Shown here: positions 22,744 through 35,588 of the stretch, piece by piece | How positions within the stretch are numbered: the stretch's first letter is position 1 | Layout of the letters: the number at the start of each line of letters is the position of its first letter | Assembly: GCA_000388065.2 (NCBI GenBank) | Contig: KB932203.1 | DNA: 64,000 nucleotides | Reading direction: 5' to 3' (one strand) | DNA from: Fonticula alba ATCC 38817 | Taxonomy: Eukaryota > Protista > Nucleariida | Notes under the pieces: generated by a model | Told to the model about the DNA's origin: nothing | The model's input: the letters and a program-made list of their open reading frames with translations, nothing else | The model's database searches: none | Translations under genes and position numbers: made by a program

Positions 22744-25700
22744 ATGGACGGCTCCGGTACCGCCACGGCCACGCTACGCCGCGAGGCGGTCTTCTCCCCG
22801 CCCAGCTCGCCGCGCTCGCCGCTTCGGAGCTTCCGCCTGGGGCCGCGTGGCTGTTCACTTTCCTTCGGCTGCCCGGTGCACCACTACCATCAGCAGCACC
22901 GGCTTTTGCAGTCGCCACGGAGCCCGCGCGGCCTCGGTGCCGGCGCATCCCCTCTCGGACGGCCACTCCGGGGGATTTACAAAGTTCGCCGGGGTGGCGG
23001 CCCACTGCTCAGCCCGAAGCTCCAACGCGCGGCCCTCGACTCGCAGCGCTCCCTCCGGCGCCTGGAGCTGGCCCGACAGCGGGCCGCTCGAGCCCCACCT
23101 CGGCCGCCAGACTTCTCCCAGCCCCCGCCGGATCTGCGCCACCGGGCAACCATCATCATCCCGGTGAGCAGCTTGGCCGACCTGCCGGCGCCCTTCTCCT
23201 CGGCCGGGCACTTGGGCCCATCGCCGGCGGCCGCGCTTCACCGCCTGGCCCGGTACTTCTGCGAGCCCGCACATCGGGCTGTGGCGGTCCTTGGAGCGGG
23301 GATTTCCACCTCCAGTGGCATCCCGGACTTCCGGTCACTGACCGGTGTCTATGAGCAAGCCGAGCATCTGGTCGATGGTGGCCCGGGCACCCAGGCGGCA
23401 AAGCCCCGCCGCGGCGCCGCCCGTCGTGGCCAGGACCTCTTCGATGCGAGCGTCTTTTATGTATGTCTGCCTCTCTGGTCCCTCCCCCCGCCCTCGGATG
23501 TGTTTCTGACCTCCTTGGTCCCTCCCCGCCCCCCGCCCCCTTCTCCTCCCTCCCCCGGGAATGTGGCACATCGAATAGGATCCCGAGCGAACGAGGGACT
23601 TTTTGAGGCTGATGGCGGTTCTGGCGCAGCACTCGCGCCGGGCCTCGCCGACCCCGGTGCACAAGTTCCTGCGTGAGCTCGAGGGCGAGGGGAAACTCCT
23701 CCGGGCATACACCCAGAATATCGACAAACTCGAGCGCAAAGCCGGCCTTGGCGACCGGACAGTGGTCGAGCTTCATGGGACCCTCGACACGGTGTACTGC
23801 ACCCTTTGCCATGAGACCTTCCCGCTGGTCGAGCATGAGGCCGACCTTCTTGGCGGGGGCTTCCCCGTGTGCCCGGCCTGCAAGGCGATTGACGATTTCC
23901 GGTGCGCTTTGCGGACACCTGCCCGCGCAGCACCCCCTTGACACACCCTGTCCAATCTGACCTTGTGCCTGCCTTCCGGGCTGCCTGCCTTTTGCAGTAA
24001 GGCCAATAGCTCGCGCTCGCGCGGTGTCGGCCGCCTGCGTCCCAGTGTGGTCCTCTATAATGAGTCGCATCCCCGCGCGGAAGATATCTCCGAGGATGTC
24101 GAGCGCGCGCTCAAGGAGTGCGTGTCCGCCTGCTAGCCTGCCCACTTGCATGGGGCTATTCCGTGCTGCCTGGGCCTCCCCCTCCCCATTGTCCCGAAGG
24201 CTCATCTTCTCGCTCTCTCCCCCCCCCCCCCCTCCCCTCCCTCCCCCGGTCACTCCTCGACAGCCAGCCCACCCTGCTGATGGTCATGGGGACGTCGCTC
24301 AAGGTGGATGGCTGCCGACACCTTGTCCGGCAACTGGTACGACACCGCTGCCAGGCCTGCCTCTTGCTCTTCCCCGACTCTTCACTTTCGGTGCCACTTA
24401 CAAAGGCACCCCCCCTCCCCCCTGACTCCCATGGCACATGATGTTGCAGTCTCGCGCTGTCCGCAACAACGGTGGCATTTCCCTCTATTTCGACAACTCC
24501 CCCCTGGCTCCCGAGTGGCTGGGGATTTTTGACTGGCACATCATGGGAGACCTCGACCAGGCAGTGATGATCCTCAACTCCTGGCGTCAATGCTATCGCA
24601 CGGCGGCTCGCAGCGATGCGGTCATGAGTGCCCGCCAGGCAGTGCCCTCCTTTTCCGGTGCGTTTGCTTGCTCGGGGGGTTGCCTCCCCTTTGCCTCCTT
24701 CTCGCGCGTCCTCTGGCACATTTCCCTGCCGCTGTGTGTTCAAATGCACACTCACTCACACACATGCACATGCACATGCACATGCACATGCACATGCACA
24801 TGCACATGCACATGCACATGCACATGCACATGCACATGCACATACACATGCACATACACATGCACAGTCTCTTGGGGACGCATGCAACGGGGCCTCCAGT
24901 ACCGAGGCCCGGTCTTGGATCGAGATGACTCATCTTTCGCCCAGGACCGGCGCTGGCGCGGGGTGGCCCGCCAGGCAGCCGCCGAGCTTGGGCCCCGGCC
25001 TTCGGCCTCGGACATGGTCACCATCCGCCCGCCCAAAGGTGCGGTCGGCCGGAAGCCGGCCGTGCGTCGATCGCCTGCCCGCAAGTCTGCCAGCTCCTCC
25101 TCCTCCTCCTCCTCCTCCTCCTCCTTGCGACTCGACTTTGCCCGGCAATTCCCTGCCGAGCAGGCCTGGCGGCGTTTCTCCCGACGCACTGGCGAGTATG
25201 GCACCGTGGCTGAGGGCTGGCCGGCGGGGGCCTCCGGCACGCCGGTCACTCGCCAGGAATGTCCGCCCTTCCCCTCGGTGCCCATCAGCCTGCTCGACCG
25301 GGCGGCTCCTTCCACCCCGGGCCTGACGAGCACCAGCAGCGGGACCTCATCGCCCCTGCTGGACCCGGTGGGATTGGGATCACCCTCGCCGGCGGGGGCT
25401 CTGCTCAGTCGACGAGGCCGGGGCAACTCGCATCAGGCCCCCTTGGCGGTGTTGGCCCCGTCGCCGGCGCTTTCCTCTCCTCGCGGAGCTCGGACCCCGA
25501 CGCGCTCTTCGAGCGACCTGCCCGCCGGCCTGGCATCCCCCTTCCGTGAGCCCATTCGTCTGGTGGCCAATGGTGCTGCCGGTCTCGGAGGTGGCACAAA
25601 TGTGGAATCCCTGCTGCTGGCGGCCGGGGGTCCGGCCTCGCCATTGCCTGTTGAGCATCACATTCTCGTGGCGTCTCCGCGATCAGGGGCCGCGCCGACA

Positions 25701-26306
25701 TCGGCTACCGGGCTGAACAGCGCCTGCTGGTCCCCCTCGCGGCTGACCATCGTGTCAACCTCGGCCTCGGCCTCGCGTTCTCACCTTTCCCCCGATCCTG
25801 GGCTTTATACATTCCAGCAGCTGAGCCCCAGTCAGCGGGCATTTGATCTTCGCCGGGCGACCGCTGACACGGTCGGTTGCCGGGCGGACGCCGTCCCCAG
25901 GCGCGGGTGTGCCACTCCTGACGGGGTCCGGTCGCCTTCAAGCAAGTCGGCCATGGCCCGGCTTCCGCCACGCCCCCCGAATGTCGGATCGCCGGCGCCC
26001 GGCGGGGAGCCCCATCACCGCCGAGGGAGTCTTCCCCTGGTGTCCCCGCTGCTGGTGCTGACCAGCGCCAGCGGGACCACCGATTCCGGGTCCTCCTCGG
26101 TCGATGAGTTCGATGGACCTCGGCCGGGGGTTGGTGGCCCGCCTCCGCGGATACCCTTTTCCCTGGCCGAGACCGGGCCTCGGGGAGAGAGTCCCGCGCC
26201 ACCAAGCGCCGATCGGCCCCGCCGGCGGCTGGTGCCGGCTGCCGCCGGCCCAAAGCCACCGACCCCTGGCCGGCGCAGGAGCGCGCGCATCCGATCCGCA
26301 CGGTAG
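22744..26306 (+). CDS. NAD-dependent deacetylase, Sir2 family, resembling fungal Hst3/Hst4; multi-exon with Ser/Pro/Arg-rich N- and C-terminal extensions
   Basis: GAGISTSSGIPDFRS, GQDLFDAS, YTQNIDKLE, ELHG, zinc CTLC..CPAC, GRLRPSVVLYNESHP, VMGTSLKVDG. The DLFDAS, LRP.VLYNE.HP and GTSLKV combination is characteristic of the Hst3/4 subgroup. Confidence 0.88.
24761..24866. repeat. (CACATG)n hexanucleotide tandem repeat, about 17.5 units, in sirtuin intron 24658-24867
   Basis: Seen directly; two units carry a G>A change near the 3' end. Confidence 0.95.
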
Positions 26307-27010
26307 GAAAAAGTCGAGAACCGTGAAGGAACCGTCGCAGTCTCTTCACTTTCCTCCCCTCCCCCTGCGCCCCCCCCCCCTCTCTCTCTATCTTTCTTTC
26401 TCCTCCCCTCCCTCCCTCCCACTCCACCGCACAATAGATTCACCAAATCGGCCCCTTGCTCATGCTGAAGCAGGCTCCATCCCCCCCAAGAGACGCGGGA
26501 AGCCAAGGGATGAAGAGACGGCAAGACGAAGAGACACATGCAGAAGGCCGGACAAACCGGGCAATCTGGCCATTTCCGGCAGAAAGAACACAACAGAGAG
26601 CCGGGGGACGATCTATGTGTGTATTCCGGGGACGAGAGGAGGAAGGAAGAAGGAGAGAGCACGCGCATGCTTGCCCTTCCTTCCTCCTGCGCCACAGAAA
26701 GACTTGGCCAAAGGGAGAAAAAGGGTGGCAACTCGACCGGCGCACTTCCTCCCACCGGGAGCCGAGGGAAGGAGGCGCAGAACAGCGGCCCAGTCGCCGA
26801 ACGAAAGATACCAAGCAAGAAATGGGTGGGGAAGGTAAACAAAGAGAGGGACAGGAGAGGGAGTGGGGAGGAGAGAGGGGGAGAGAGAGAGAGAGAGAGC
26901 CATGAAGCGGTGCTGCCATCACGCATATGTGCGAGCCTGTGTTGACACACAAACACACACACACACACACACACACAGGCACGCGCACAACGTGCTTGCC
27001 CCTCCCCACA

Positions 27011-28782
27011 CTACTCCATCACGGGGTGGCGGATTTCGAAGGACCCAGTACCACCCTCGACCGGGCGGCCGACCACAATTCGAGCGGACGGGCTGTCGAT
27101 CGAATCGAAGTCCTGGTGGGTGACCGCGCTGCGCAGGAAATGCATCGTGGTCTCGAAGGACATTTGATGCAGCGGCGACACACTGGCCTCGATGCCCATG
27201 CGGTTCATGGCCTTGTAGCCACCGTGGAAGGTCATGTAATCGGCGATCAGGCTCAGATGGCGCGGATCCACCGAGATACCATACGCCCCGAAGACCTTGC
27301 TGATCTCAGAGGCAATCGTCGCCCGGGCAGCCTCCACACCGTAGGTCTTGAGGATGGCATTGATGTCGTTCGACGAAATGCTGTTGACATCGATGACATT
27401 GTCCATCTCCCACACACCCTGAAGGTTGACACCCTCGGTGGCGAGACGAATCTATGACGCGGACACGAGCCGCAACAAGGGGAAGGAGCCGGGCCAATGG
27501 CCGTCAGTCGATGTCCACCGGGCCCCGAGAGAGAGAGAGGGAAAAAGCGAGGGACGGAAGAGCGGCAGCGGCAATGAAAAAAAAAAAAGGGCAGCGAACA
27601 AGGGAGGGAAGGCGAGCTCTGGGCATGACACGCACCTGGCCATCATTGGCATTCTTGGTGGACTCCTCGTCAATCATGCACGAGCTGATGCCAGCCACCT
27701 CGCGGATCACCGAGGTCTCGGCCAGACGCTCCAGCAGATTCACCAGCATCAGCTTGCGCGTGTCGATGTTGTAGCTGAGCTCCAGGTGCACCTGGTTGGT
27801 GACACGGTCGTAGGAGTAGGCGGTCACATTCTGGCAGAGGGACTGAGCCATGCGAGTCTCCTGGTCCGAGTGCGCAGACTTGCCGGAGGAGCCGGCCGAC
27901 ACGTCGACATCCATCTTGTCCTCGGAATCCGAGGGGGCGCTGTCGTCGGAGTCCGAAGCATCGGACTCCTCCGAGTCAGACCCATCGTCATCGTAGGAGG
28001 ACAGCTGCCGGCGAGCGGCGCCCTTCTTGGCCGCCGCCGAGCCGGACTCCGAGTCCGAGTCGTCGGAGTCCGAGTCATCGCTGCCGGCCTCGTCGGCCCC
28101 GGCACCGCCATCGAGCTCGGCGCTGGCGCGAGCCGCGCCGCGCTTGCCCATGGACGACACGACGTCGCTCACCTCCGAGACCCCGACACCGAGGGAGTCG
28201 TCCTGCTGCTTGGCATCGCGCACGCGGTTGGCCAGGTCTCGGCGGATCAGCTCCACCAGGCGCTTGATCATCGGCCCGCACAGATACGGGGCCAGCTGGT
28301 CGGTGGACAGCAGGAAGTCCTCCTGACACTCCAGGACACTCAGCAGCTGGAAGGTGACATTGTACACGCGCTGGCGACCGAGCCCGCGCGCCGGCGGCGC
28401 GATCGAGTCCCGCACTTGCACCGACTCCAGGATCGTGCCGAGGGTCAGGCGGCTCAGGACCGAAGCCATGCGCAGGGCATCGGCGCGGCTCTTGTCCGCA
28501 TGGATCGGCAGCTCCATGAAGGGGGTGCGCGGCTTGGACGACGCGGTCATGATGATCTCACGCAGACGGGGAATACCGAGCGTGACGTTTTTCTGAGCCA
28601 CACAGACGCAGGCACGACAAACCGAGGCCGGGGGGGGGGGGGGGGAGAAGAGAGCAAAGGTCAGCAACACCAGGCAACAGACAGGAGACAGGGAGAAAGA
28701 GATGAACAGGAGGAGAAGAGAAAAAGACCAGGCATAAACTCCCCTCCCATCAGCGAGAGGGAAAGAAAGAAAGAAAGAAAGA

Positions 28783-28830
<48 letters not shown>

Positions 28831-31800
28831 CCCCTGGCACACGCACAGCACCAACACCAGCGAAGTGGAAGGTGTTCAGGGTCATCTGGGTGGAAGGCTC
28901 ACCGATGGACTGGCCGGCAAGCACACCGACCGCCTCGCCCGGCTCCACCAGGGTATGCATGTACCGCTGGTACATGAGCTCCTCGAAGGCATCGGCGTCC
29001 AGCGGCGCGCCAGACTCATCGTCCAACATGCCACCGGCCTCGCGCTGGGCATCGATGAACTTCTGCAGGGACTTCTCAAAGTGCTCGGACACCGATCCCA
29101 GATGCACACCAGGCGGGAAGGTCGCCAGAGCAGGGTCATACTTGCTCGGCTTGCGGATGGCCTTCTTCATCATGGACTGGCCCTCCTCACGCTCCAGACG
29201 ATGGAGGACGCGCTCGGGCTGGTACTTGGCCAGGAAGGCCTTGTGGTTCTGCACCGAGAAGGGGAACTGCTCCAGGTACAGGCGCTTGGTCACATCGAGC
29301 GAGTCCTCCCCATACAGGAACTGCACCACAGAGCCATCGGAGTCGCGCACGGTGTTGTCATAGTGGACACGGAGGCCCTCCATGTGCTAAGACACGCGCA
29401 AAGACGGAGACACGCGCAAAGACGGAGACACAGAATCAGAGGCAGAAAGAGAGGAAAGAAGGTGAGAGCAGCGAAAAAAAAAACACCACCAAGGACCAGG
29501 AGAGAACCCATCCGCGGCCTTGCCATGGCCACACGCCAGCGACATACCTTGATGATGCACCGCTGCAGGTAGCCCGAACGGGCAGTCTTGACGGCCGTAT
29601 CAACCAGACCCTCACGACCAGCCATACAACGGAAGTAATACTCCTGCGGGCGGATGCCCGTGAGGAAACGCTGGGCAATGTAACCACCAGCACGCGGCTG
29701 GGTGTCGAATGGCGTGAACGACGGCAGCGTCTTGCCGGAGGCCATGAGCGGCACACGGCGGCCCTCGAGCTCCTGCTGCCCAAGCAGACAGGTGATCTGC
29801 GACAGGTTGACATTACTGCCCTTGGCACCGGTGTGAATCATCAGCGACATGTTGTTGTCCTGGAAGAACTTCATCTGACCCTCGGGCAGGGTCTTGTCAA
29901 TGATGGAGGAAGTGATCTCGCCGGTCTTGGACTTCATGACGGAATCCATGCGGGCGCAGTTGTTGTCATCACGCAACAAAACGCTGAGCTTCTGATTGAG
30001 ACGCTCGGCACTGACGCTGCCCGGCAGGCCGGCCACCTCGGCCGCCACCGAGTGACCCACCTGGGCGATGTCATCGAACATGCGCCGGCGGTTTTCCTCG
30101 GCCGCCTCCAGCAGGATCAGGTCATCCATGCCACAGGTGAACCCGTGGTCCTGGAGGAAGCGGATGAACAGCCGACCAAGGGCAGTCAACAGCTTGCCGG
30201 CGATGGTTCCGCCATACACCTCGTAACAGGCATGCACCAGACCGAAGGCCGACGCGCCAAATTGGTTCTTGTCCAGGACACCCTGCACAAGATGCCCCTC
30301 ATGGAAGATGACCTCGGCCTCCTCCACGGCCGGGCTCTTGGCCGCGGTGGCGGACTGCTCATCGCCAGCGCGGAAATGGTGCGACCAAATGCGCGCCGGG
30401 ATACGAGCCTTGGAGGTGAGGTTCAGCGGCGGCCGGCCCTTGGTCAAGTTCATCATCAGGGTGGAGATGACCTGCTTGCCGGTCCAAAGCTGCCGCGGCC
30501 GGACGATGGCCGGCGGCAGGGTCTCCAGATGCTGGATGGACTCCGGCAGGGACCCATGCAGCACCTGGAAATACTCCTCCCGGGTGAAGAAGGTGTCGCG
30601 CTTGGTCATCAGCACACCGGTCAGGACATGATCCTGGATCAGCCCACGAATGGGCTTACCATCGGTCGGCACGATGTACTGATTGTCGGTGTTGGCGATG
30701 TGGTAGAGCTCGGCGCGGGCGATCTGATTCTGCGGGAAGTGGATGTTCATCTCGTCGCCATCGAAATCGGCGTTATACGTGTTGCAATTGGCGTAATGCA
30801 TGCGGAAGGTCTTCTCGCCGGGGAGGATGCGCGCCTTGTGCGACATCATGGACGGCTTGTGCAGGGTCGGCTGGCGGTTGACCAGGATGACGTCGCCGTT
30901 CTTGATGTGCCGCAGCACGCGCTTGTTGATGCCGGTCGAGGCGCCGGCCCCGGCGGTCTGCGGCGTCAGCAGGCGGTTGGCCAGGGCAGTACGCTCCTCC
31001 GAGGAGAAATGCCGCAGAGCCGACACCGAGCCATCCTCATTCTCGATGTGCGTGGCGCCAGGATGGACATCCGGGCCGTTGATGACCGCCTGGCGAAGCT
31101 CCCGGATGTTGTACTGGGTCACCGGCTCGGGGTACGTGAGCTTGGTGGCGAAGACCATGGGGACCTGGATGCGTTTGGGCAAGGCGGCGCCAGATGCGTT
31201 AGTAAGGGAGCAGCCGCAGCCGGAACCGCGAAGAGAGAGAGAGAGAGAGGCAGAGAGAGGCAGAGGGAAAGAGAGACAAGCAAAGGGAAAGAGGCGGGAG
31301 ATGGGCACAACACTTGGCAACATGTTGCCGAGGCAAATGCACAGGCAAAGGCAGGCCTCAGGGCCCCGCCGGCACGTACACCAAACTCCTCGGTGCCGAT
31401 GTTCGGGTCGGGGGAGATGACCGTACGAGCGGCGAAGTTCACACGCTTGCCCATCATGTGCTTGCGGAAGAGGCCCTCCTTCTTCTCGAGAAGCTGCTTG
31501 ATGCCATTCGGCACCTGGCGCCGCATGTCCCGGTTGAGGCCGGAATCCACCAGGCAGTTGACATTGTCCTGGAGGGAGAACCACGCGGACACGGTCTTCT
31601 CCAGATCCACGGAAACATTGGCCCCGGCACGCTCGGCATGCAGCTGCAACTCCACCAGGCGCTGGTTATCCTTCAGGATGTTGGTCAGATGGACGTTCTG
31701 GGCATTCTCGAACACCTTGTCGCCCATCTTGGACGCCGGGCGGAAGCGCGTGGCAGGCACCGGAACCACCTCGAAGAAGAAGGATTCCGGAGTCACACGC

Positions 31801-33456
31801 TCGGGAGCGGCGCCGCGAGCGCGCGAGGCCCCCGGACGCGGGGGAGCCAGCGAGCACAGCAACAGCCGGACGATGTCATTCTCCTTGTCGAACATGCGGC
31901 GCAGGTGTGACCGGACATGGATCGGCAGCAGGGTGCGGTTGTTGCCGGAGGTGGACAGACCATCCTCCTCCTCGTCGCCAACCTTGCCACCCTCCATCAG
32001 GACGCGAGCGGCGGCCTTCTGCTGGGCCAGCTCGACGGCCGCCGGGTCGAGATCCCCATCGGAATCGGAGCTGGAATCGGAGTCCGAGTCGGAGTCCGAG
32101 TCGGAATCCTCATTGTTCCAGGGAGCCGAAGCGCCGCTCATGAGGGTCTCACGCGACATGGTGTCCTCATCGGTCACCTGCCGGCGGCCAGTGGCCGGGA
32201 CAACCGAATTGCTTGTGGCCTCGCCGGACACGAAGTCCACCTCGCGATGGCCCTGGGCGTAATTCTGCCGGAGGTAGCGCGCCTGGATGGGGCGCTGGAA
32301 GATGCGCGCAAGGCCCTCCTTGCGCAGAGTGGCCGCATGGGCGCCGCAGTTCTCGCACCGCTGGTGGGGGATCTTGCGGAAGAAGGCGCGCACCAGGCGG
32401 CGGCGCTCCTCATGGGATTGGATGTACTGTGGCGAACGACACAGCGGGTCAGTGGTCCGGACGAGGGGGGGGGGGGGGGGGGGAACCGGAAAGACCCATG
32501 CCGGGCACGAACCTTGTTGAACTTGCGCTTGCCCTCGCCAGCATTGCCGATGACCGAGGCGACAAAGGCATCGATGCGGGCCATGTACACCTCCTCCGAG
32601 ATGCCGGCATTGCCCTTCTCGCTGCTGTCCCAGTTGATGTCCTGGAGGAGGATGTTCTCACCGGACTTGAGGATGGCGCTCTCCGAGGACTCGGCCTTGG
32701 CCGAGGGGGCACGCCGCTTCTGCGGGCAGCCGAGGAGCAGACAGAAGAGGCGGTCAGCGGATGGACATAGCGCGAGCGCGGAGAGGACACCGCGTCCTGG
32801 GAGCCGATCGAGGGCCAGCACAGGGGACCATGGGAACGCACCACCAGGTTGATCTCCATCAGGTCCAGGGCCTCGGTCAGGAAGCCGTGGTCGATGAGGG
32901 TCAGGATAGCCTTGTACTTGTGGGCCTATGGATGGCGGGGGGGGGGGGGGGGGTTCCCCGTGGAACAAGCACCGGACAGAGAGACGGGAAGCGGGAGGAC
33001 CACAGATTGCAAGCGGTCAGTGGCAGCCGGGCAGGGGGAGAAAGGTGGCCACACACGGCCAGGAAGGGGCAGGGTCGTGCGCGCGGACGAGGCACGCACA
33101 CGATGAGTGGCCATCTTCAAGGAGTGGCAGAAGAAGCAGGTCGCGCGCAGGAACTGGTACATGGTGGCGAAGGTATTGGGGTTGAAGACCGGCACGGCCA
33201 GCTCAATGTGGCCGGCATGGCCGGGGCAGGACTGCTGGTTCAGCGAGCAAGTCCCGCACATGGCATCACGGTCGAAGGGACCGAGAGCAGGATCATACAG
33301 GCCGCCACGGGTCGGGTGTCCGAAGGCATCAAAGAGCACCGGGTTGTGCAGGGCCTTCACCGACAGCCGGCGGATCTCGTCCGAGGTGTAGGACGAGAAG
33401 TGGATGCCGGTCAGGTTGTGGCTGACAACCACCGAAGTGGAGGGAGTGACGTTCAT
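27011..33456 (-). CDS. POLR1A: DNA-directed RNA polymerase I largest subunit (RPA1/A190); multi-exon
   Basis: N-terminal [56 protein letters not shown], catalytic [11 protein letters not shown] (30754-30774), [38 protein letters not shown]-terminal [22 protein letters not shown]. The Pol I-type C-terminus has no CTD heptads. Confidence 0.97.
29391..29431. repeat. 18-bp tandem duplication (gacacgcgcaaagacgga x2 plus partial) next to an RPA1 intron acceptor
   Basis: Copies at 29391-29408 and 29409-29426. Confidence 0.85.
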
Positions 33457-34894
33457 GGTCGGGACGGGGAGGGGGGCTGGAGCGAGGGGGATGCGACCGC
33501 CTGCTCGCTCTCTTTCGCTCTCTCTCTTTCTCTCTCGCGCAGAGGATCACCACTCGCGGGGGGCGGGGAAAGGCGAGCCGCAGGAAGCGACAGGGAGGCA
33601 GGTGTGTTTCGGCGAGCAGGCAGCGGAAAGGAAGGAAAGAGGGTGGAGGGGGGGGAGGGGAGGGCAAGGAGGATCGAGCGTGCGAGTGCCGAAAGGACAG
33701 GGGAGCAGCTGGCCGGCCGGCCCGCTCGCGCGGCCTGGATCCTGAAAAGGCCCCCGCCGGCACTGGCGCCGGGCGAGACGCCGGGAATGATGCGCGGTCT
33801 CGGCGCTAGCGTCGCCTGGGTCCAATTGTCCGCGCGAGCCGGGGCACGCTCGTCCCGTCCAGCCACACGCGATAAAATTCCCGGCCCGAGCAGGCCGCCC
33901 CGGCAGGTCTGGGCGTCGGGCCCCGCCACCTGGCACCCGGGGCTCGTGGCCAGCCGGCTGGGGGCGGGGGGCGGGGGGCGGGGCTGGGGGTGGCACACGC
34001 CGCGCCACACCGCGAGGCCTCATGGCCCAACTCCATGGCGTGGCCCGGGGGCGGGCCCCCGCGAGGCCGGGCGCTCTCCCTGGGCACCTGGGTCCCCGCC
34101 ACTCGCTGGTACCCCGGAGGACCGGCAGGCGGGGGGACAGCGGATGGCGCAGATGCCAGGCGCTCGGGCCGCCGGGCCGAGGTGGAGCCGAAGAAGTGCA
34201 CATCCTCGAGGGCGTGCCGGGGGGACCACCCAGCGGCGGAGGCCTGGGCAACACACGCGCCGGCGCAGGACCGCCGGGGAGCCACATGCGCCGGTGAATT
34301 TTCGGCCAAGATGTGAAATGAAAAAGGGCTTTTGCGCTATGTATATGTAATGGTATTTTCGAGGATCGTGTTTTGGTCATGTGTGCATTTCTGCATGTGC
34401 AGAACTCGCCCGGGCTCCCCCCAAAAAACACATTCACGGCCCGTTGTTGTGTGAATATCTTTTCATGCCTTTTTGTGCCACGGCACCAAAAATGCCCCCG
34501 GCCAGGGGGGCCGTCCGGGCAGATTGGGGCCAGGTGCACGCGTTGCTGCCACCGCTATGCCCTTGCCACGACCGTGACGGGGGGGGGGGGGGGGCCGCGC
34601 CCCTGCGGGTTTTACGCCGGCCCCTTACACCGCGGGCGCGGCCTCCGGCCGGAGATGTGCGCCCGCCCGAAAGGCTGGCCCACGGGCGGCCTTCCCCCTC
34701 GCCGGACGCTTCTTTGCTCCCCCGGGCATTCGGGCTTCCTGGGGGTCGGGGGTCGGGGGGCGGGGGGCGGCGGGAGCCCCAGGGGCCGGGCGGCGTGCTT
34801 CTTCGCCGCCATATGTGCCGGCCCCGATGCCGGTCGGAGAAAGATGATCGAGACCCCCGGGCCTGTTCTCTGCCCCTCCGCCGCCTTCCCCGCG

Positions 34895-35018
<124 letters not shown>

Positions 35019-35588
35019 ACAGCCAAGCGGGCGCATTTGTGTGGGCGCATGCGTGTGGGCGTGCCCGCCGCCACCGCCGCCGCCGCCCTGTGCGCACCGT
35101 CCCGATCTCCCTTGGCTCTCGCACTGTTAAGATCTAGTCTCCGACCACAAGGGGGCAAGCATTGGCAGGCGGCCGCAGTGCTCCTGCTTGTTCGGGCAGT
35201 GTCCGTTTACACACACACACAGATACACACACACACACACGGCCAGGGTGCCGCTGCTTGCTCGCTCATTTTCCTGCGCCCTCTTTCAATCTGGAGAGGC
35301 ATGCCCCGGACAGCCGGAGACCGCCCGGCCAGGCCGGCCCGGTCGGGGCGGGCAGACGCGATCTTGCCATGCTCTTCGGCCAGCGTGCCCGGGCAGGGGG
35401 GCTTCGGCGTGGCGAGTCAAGCAATCCTCCCAGACCTCTTCCCCTCGCTCCACCATCGCTTGGCCTCTTCCCCCCCCCCCCCGACACTTGTTCATCTCCA
35501 TCTTTCCCGTGTCCTTTCCCCTTCCTCCCAGCCGCCCCCCCCTCCCCTTCTCTCGCCCTTTTTCTCCTCCCCCCCGCCCTCCTGGCGA

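Noticed and set aside
27426-32852. Long antisense ORFs opposite RPA1, the EEPs, QTRT2 and others (for example 29833-32262, 27426-29363, 11175-13112, 13555-15006, 53327-55306)
   Set aside because: Shadow ORFs caused by strong GC3 codon bias on the coding strand; no independent protein signatures.
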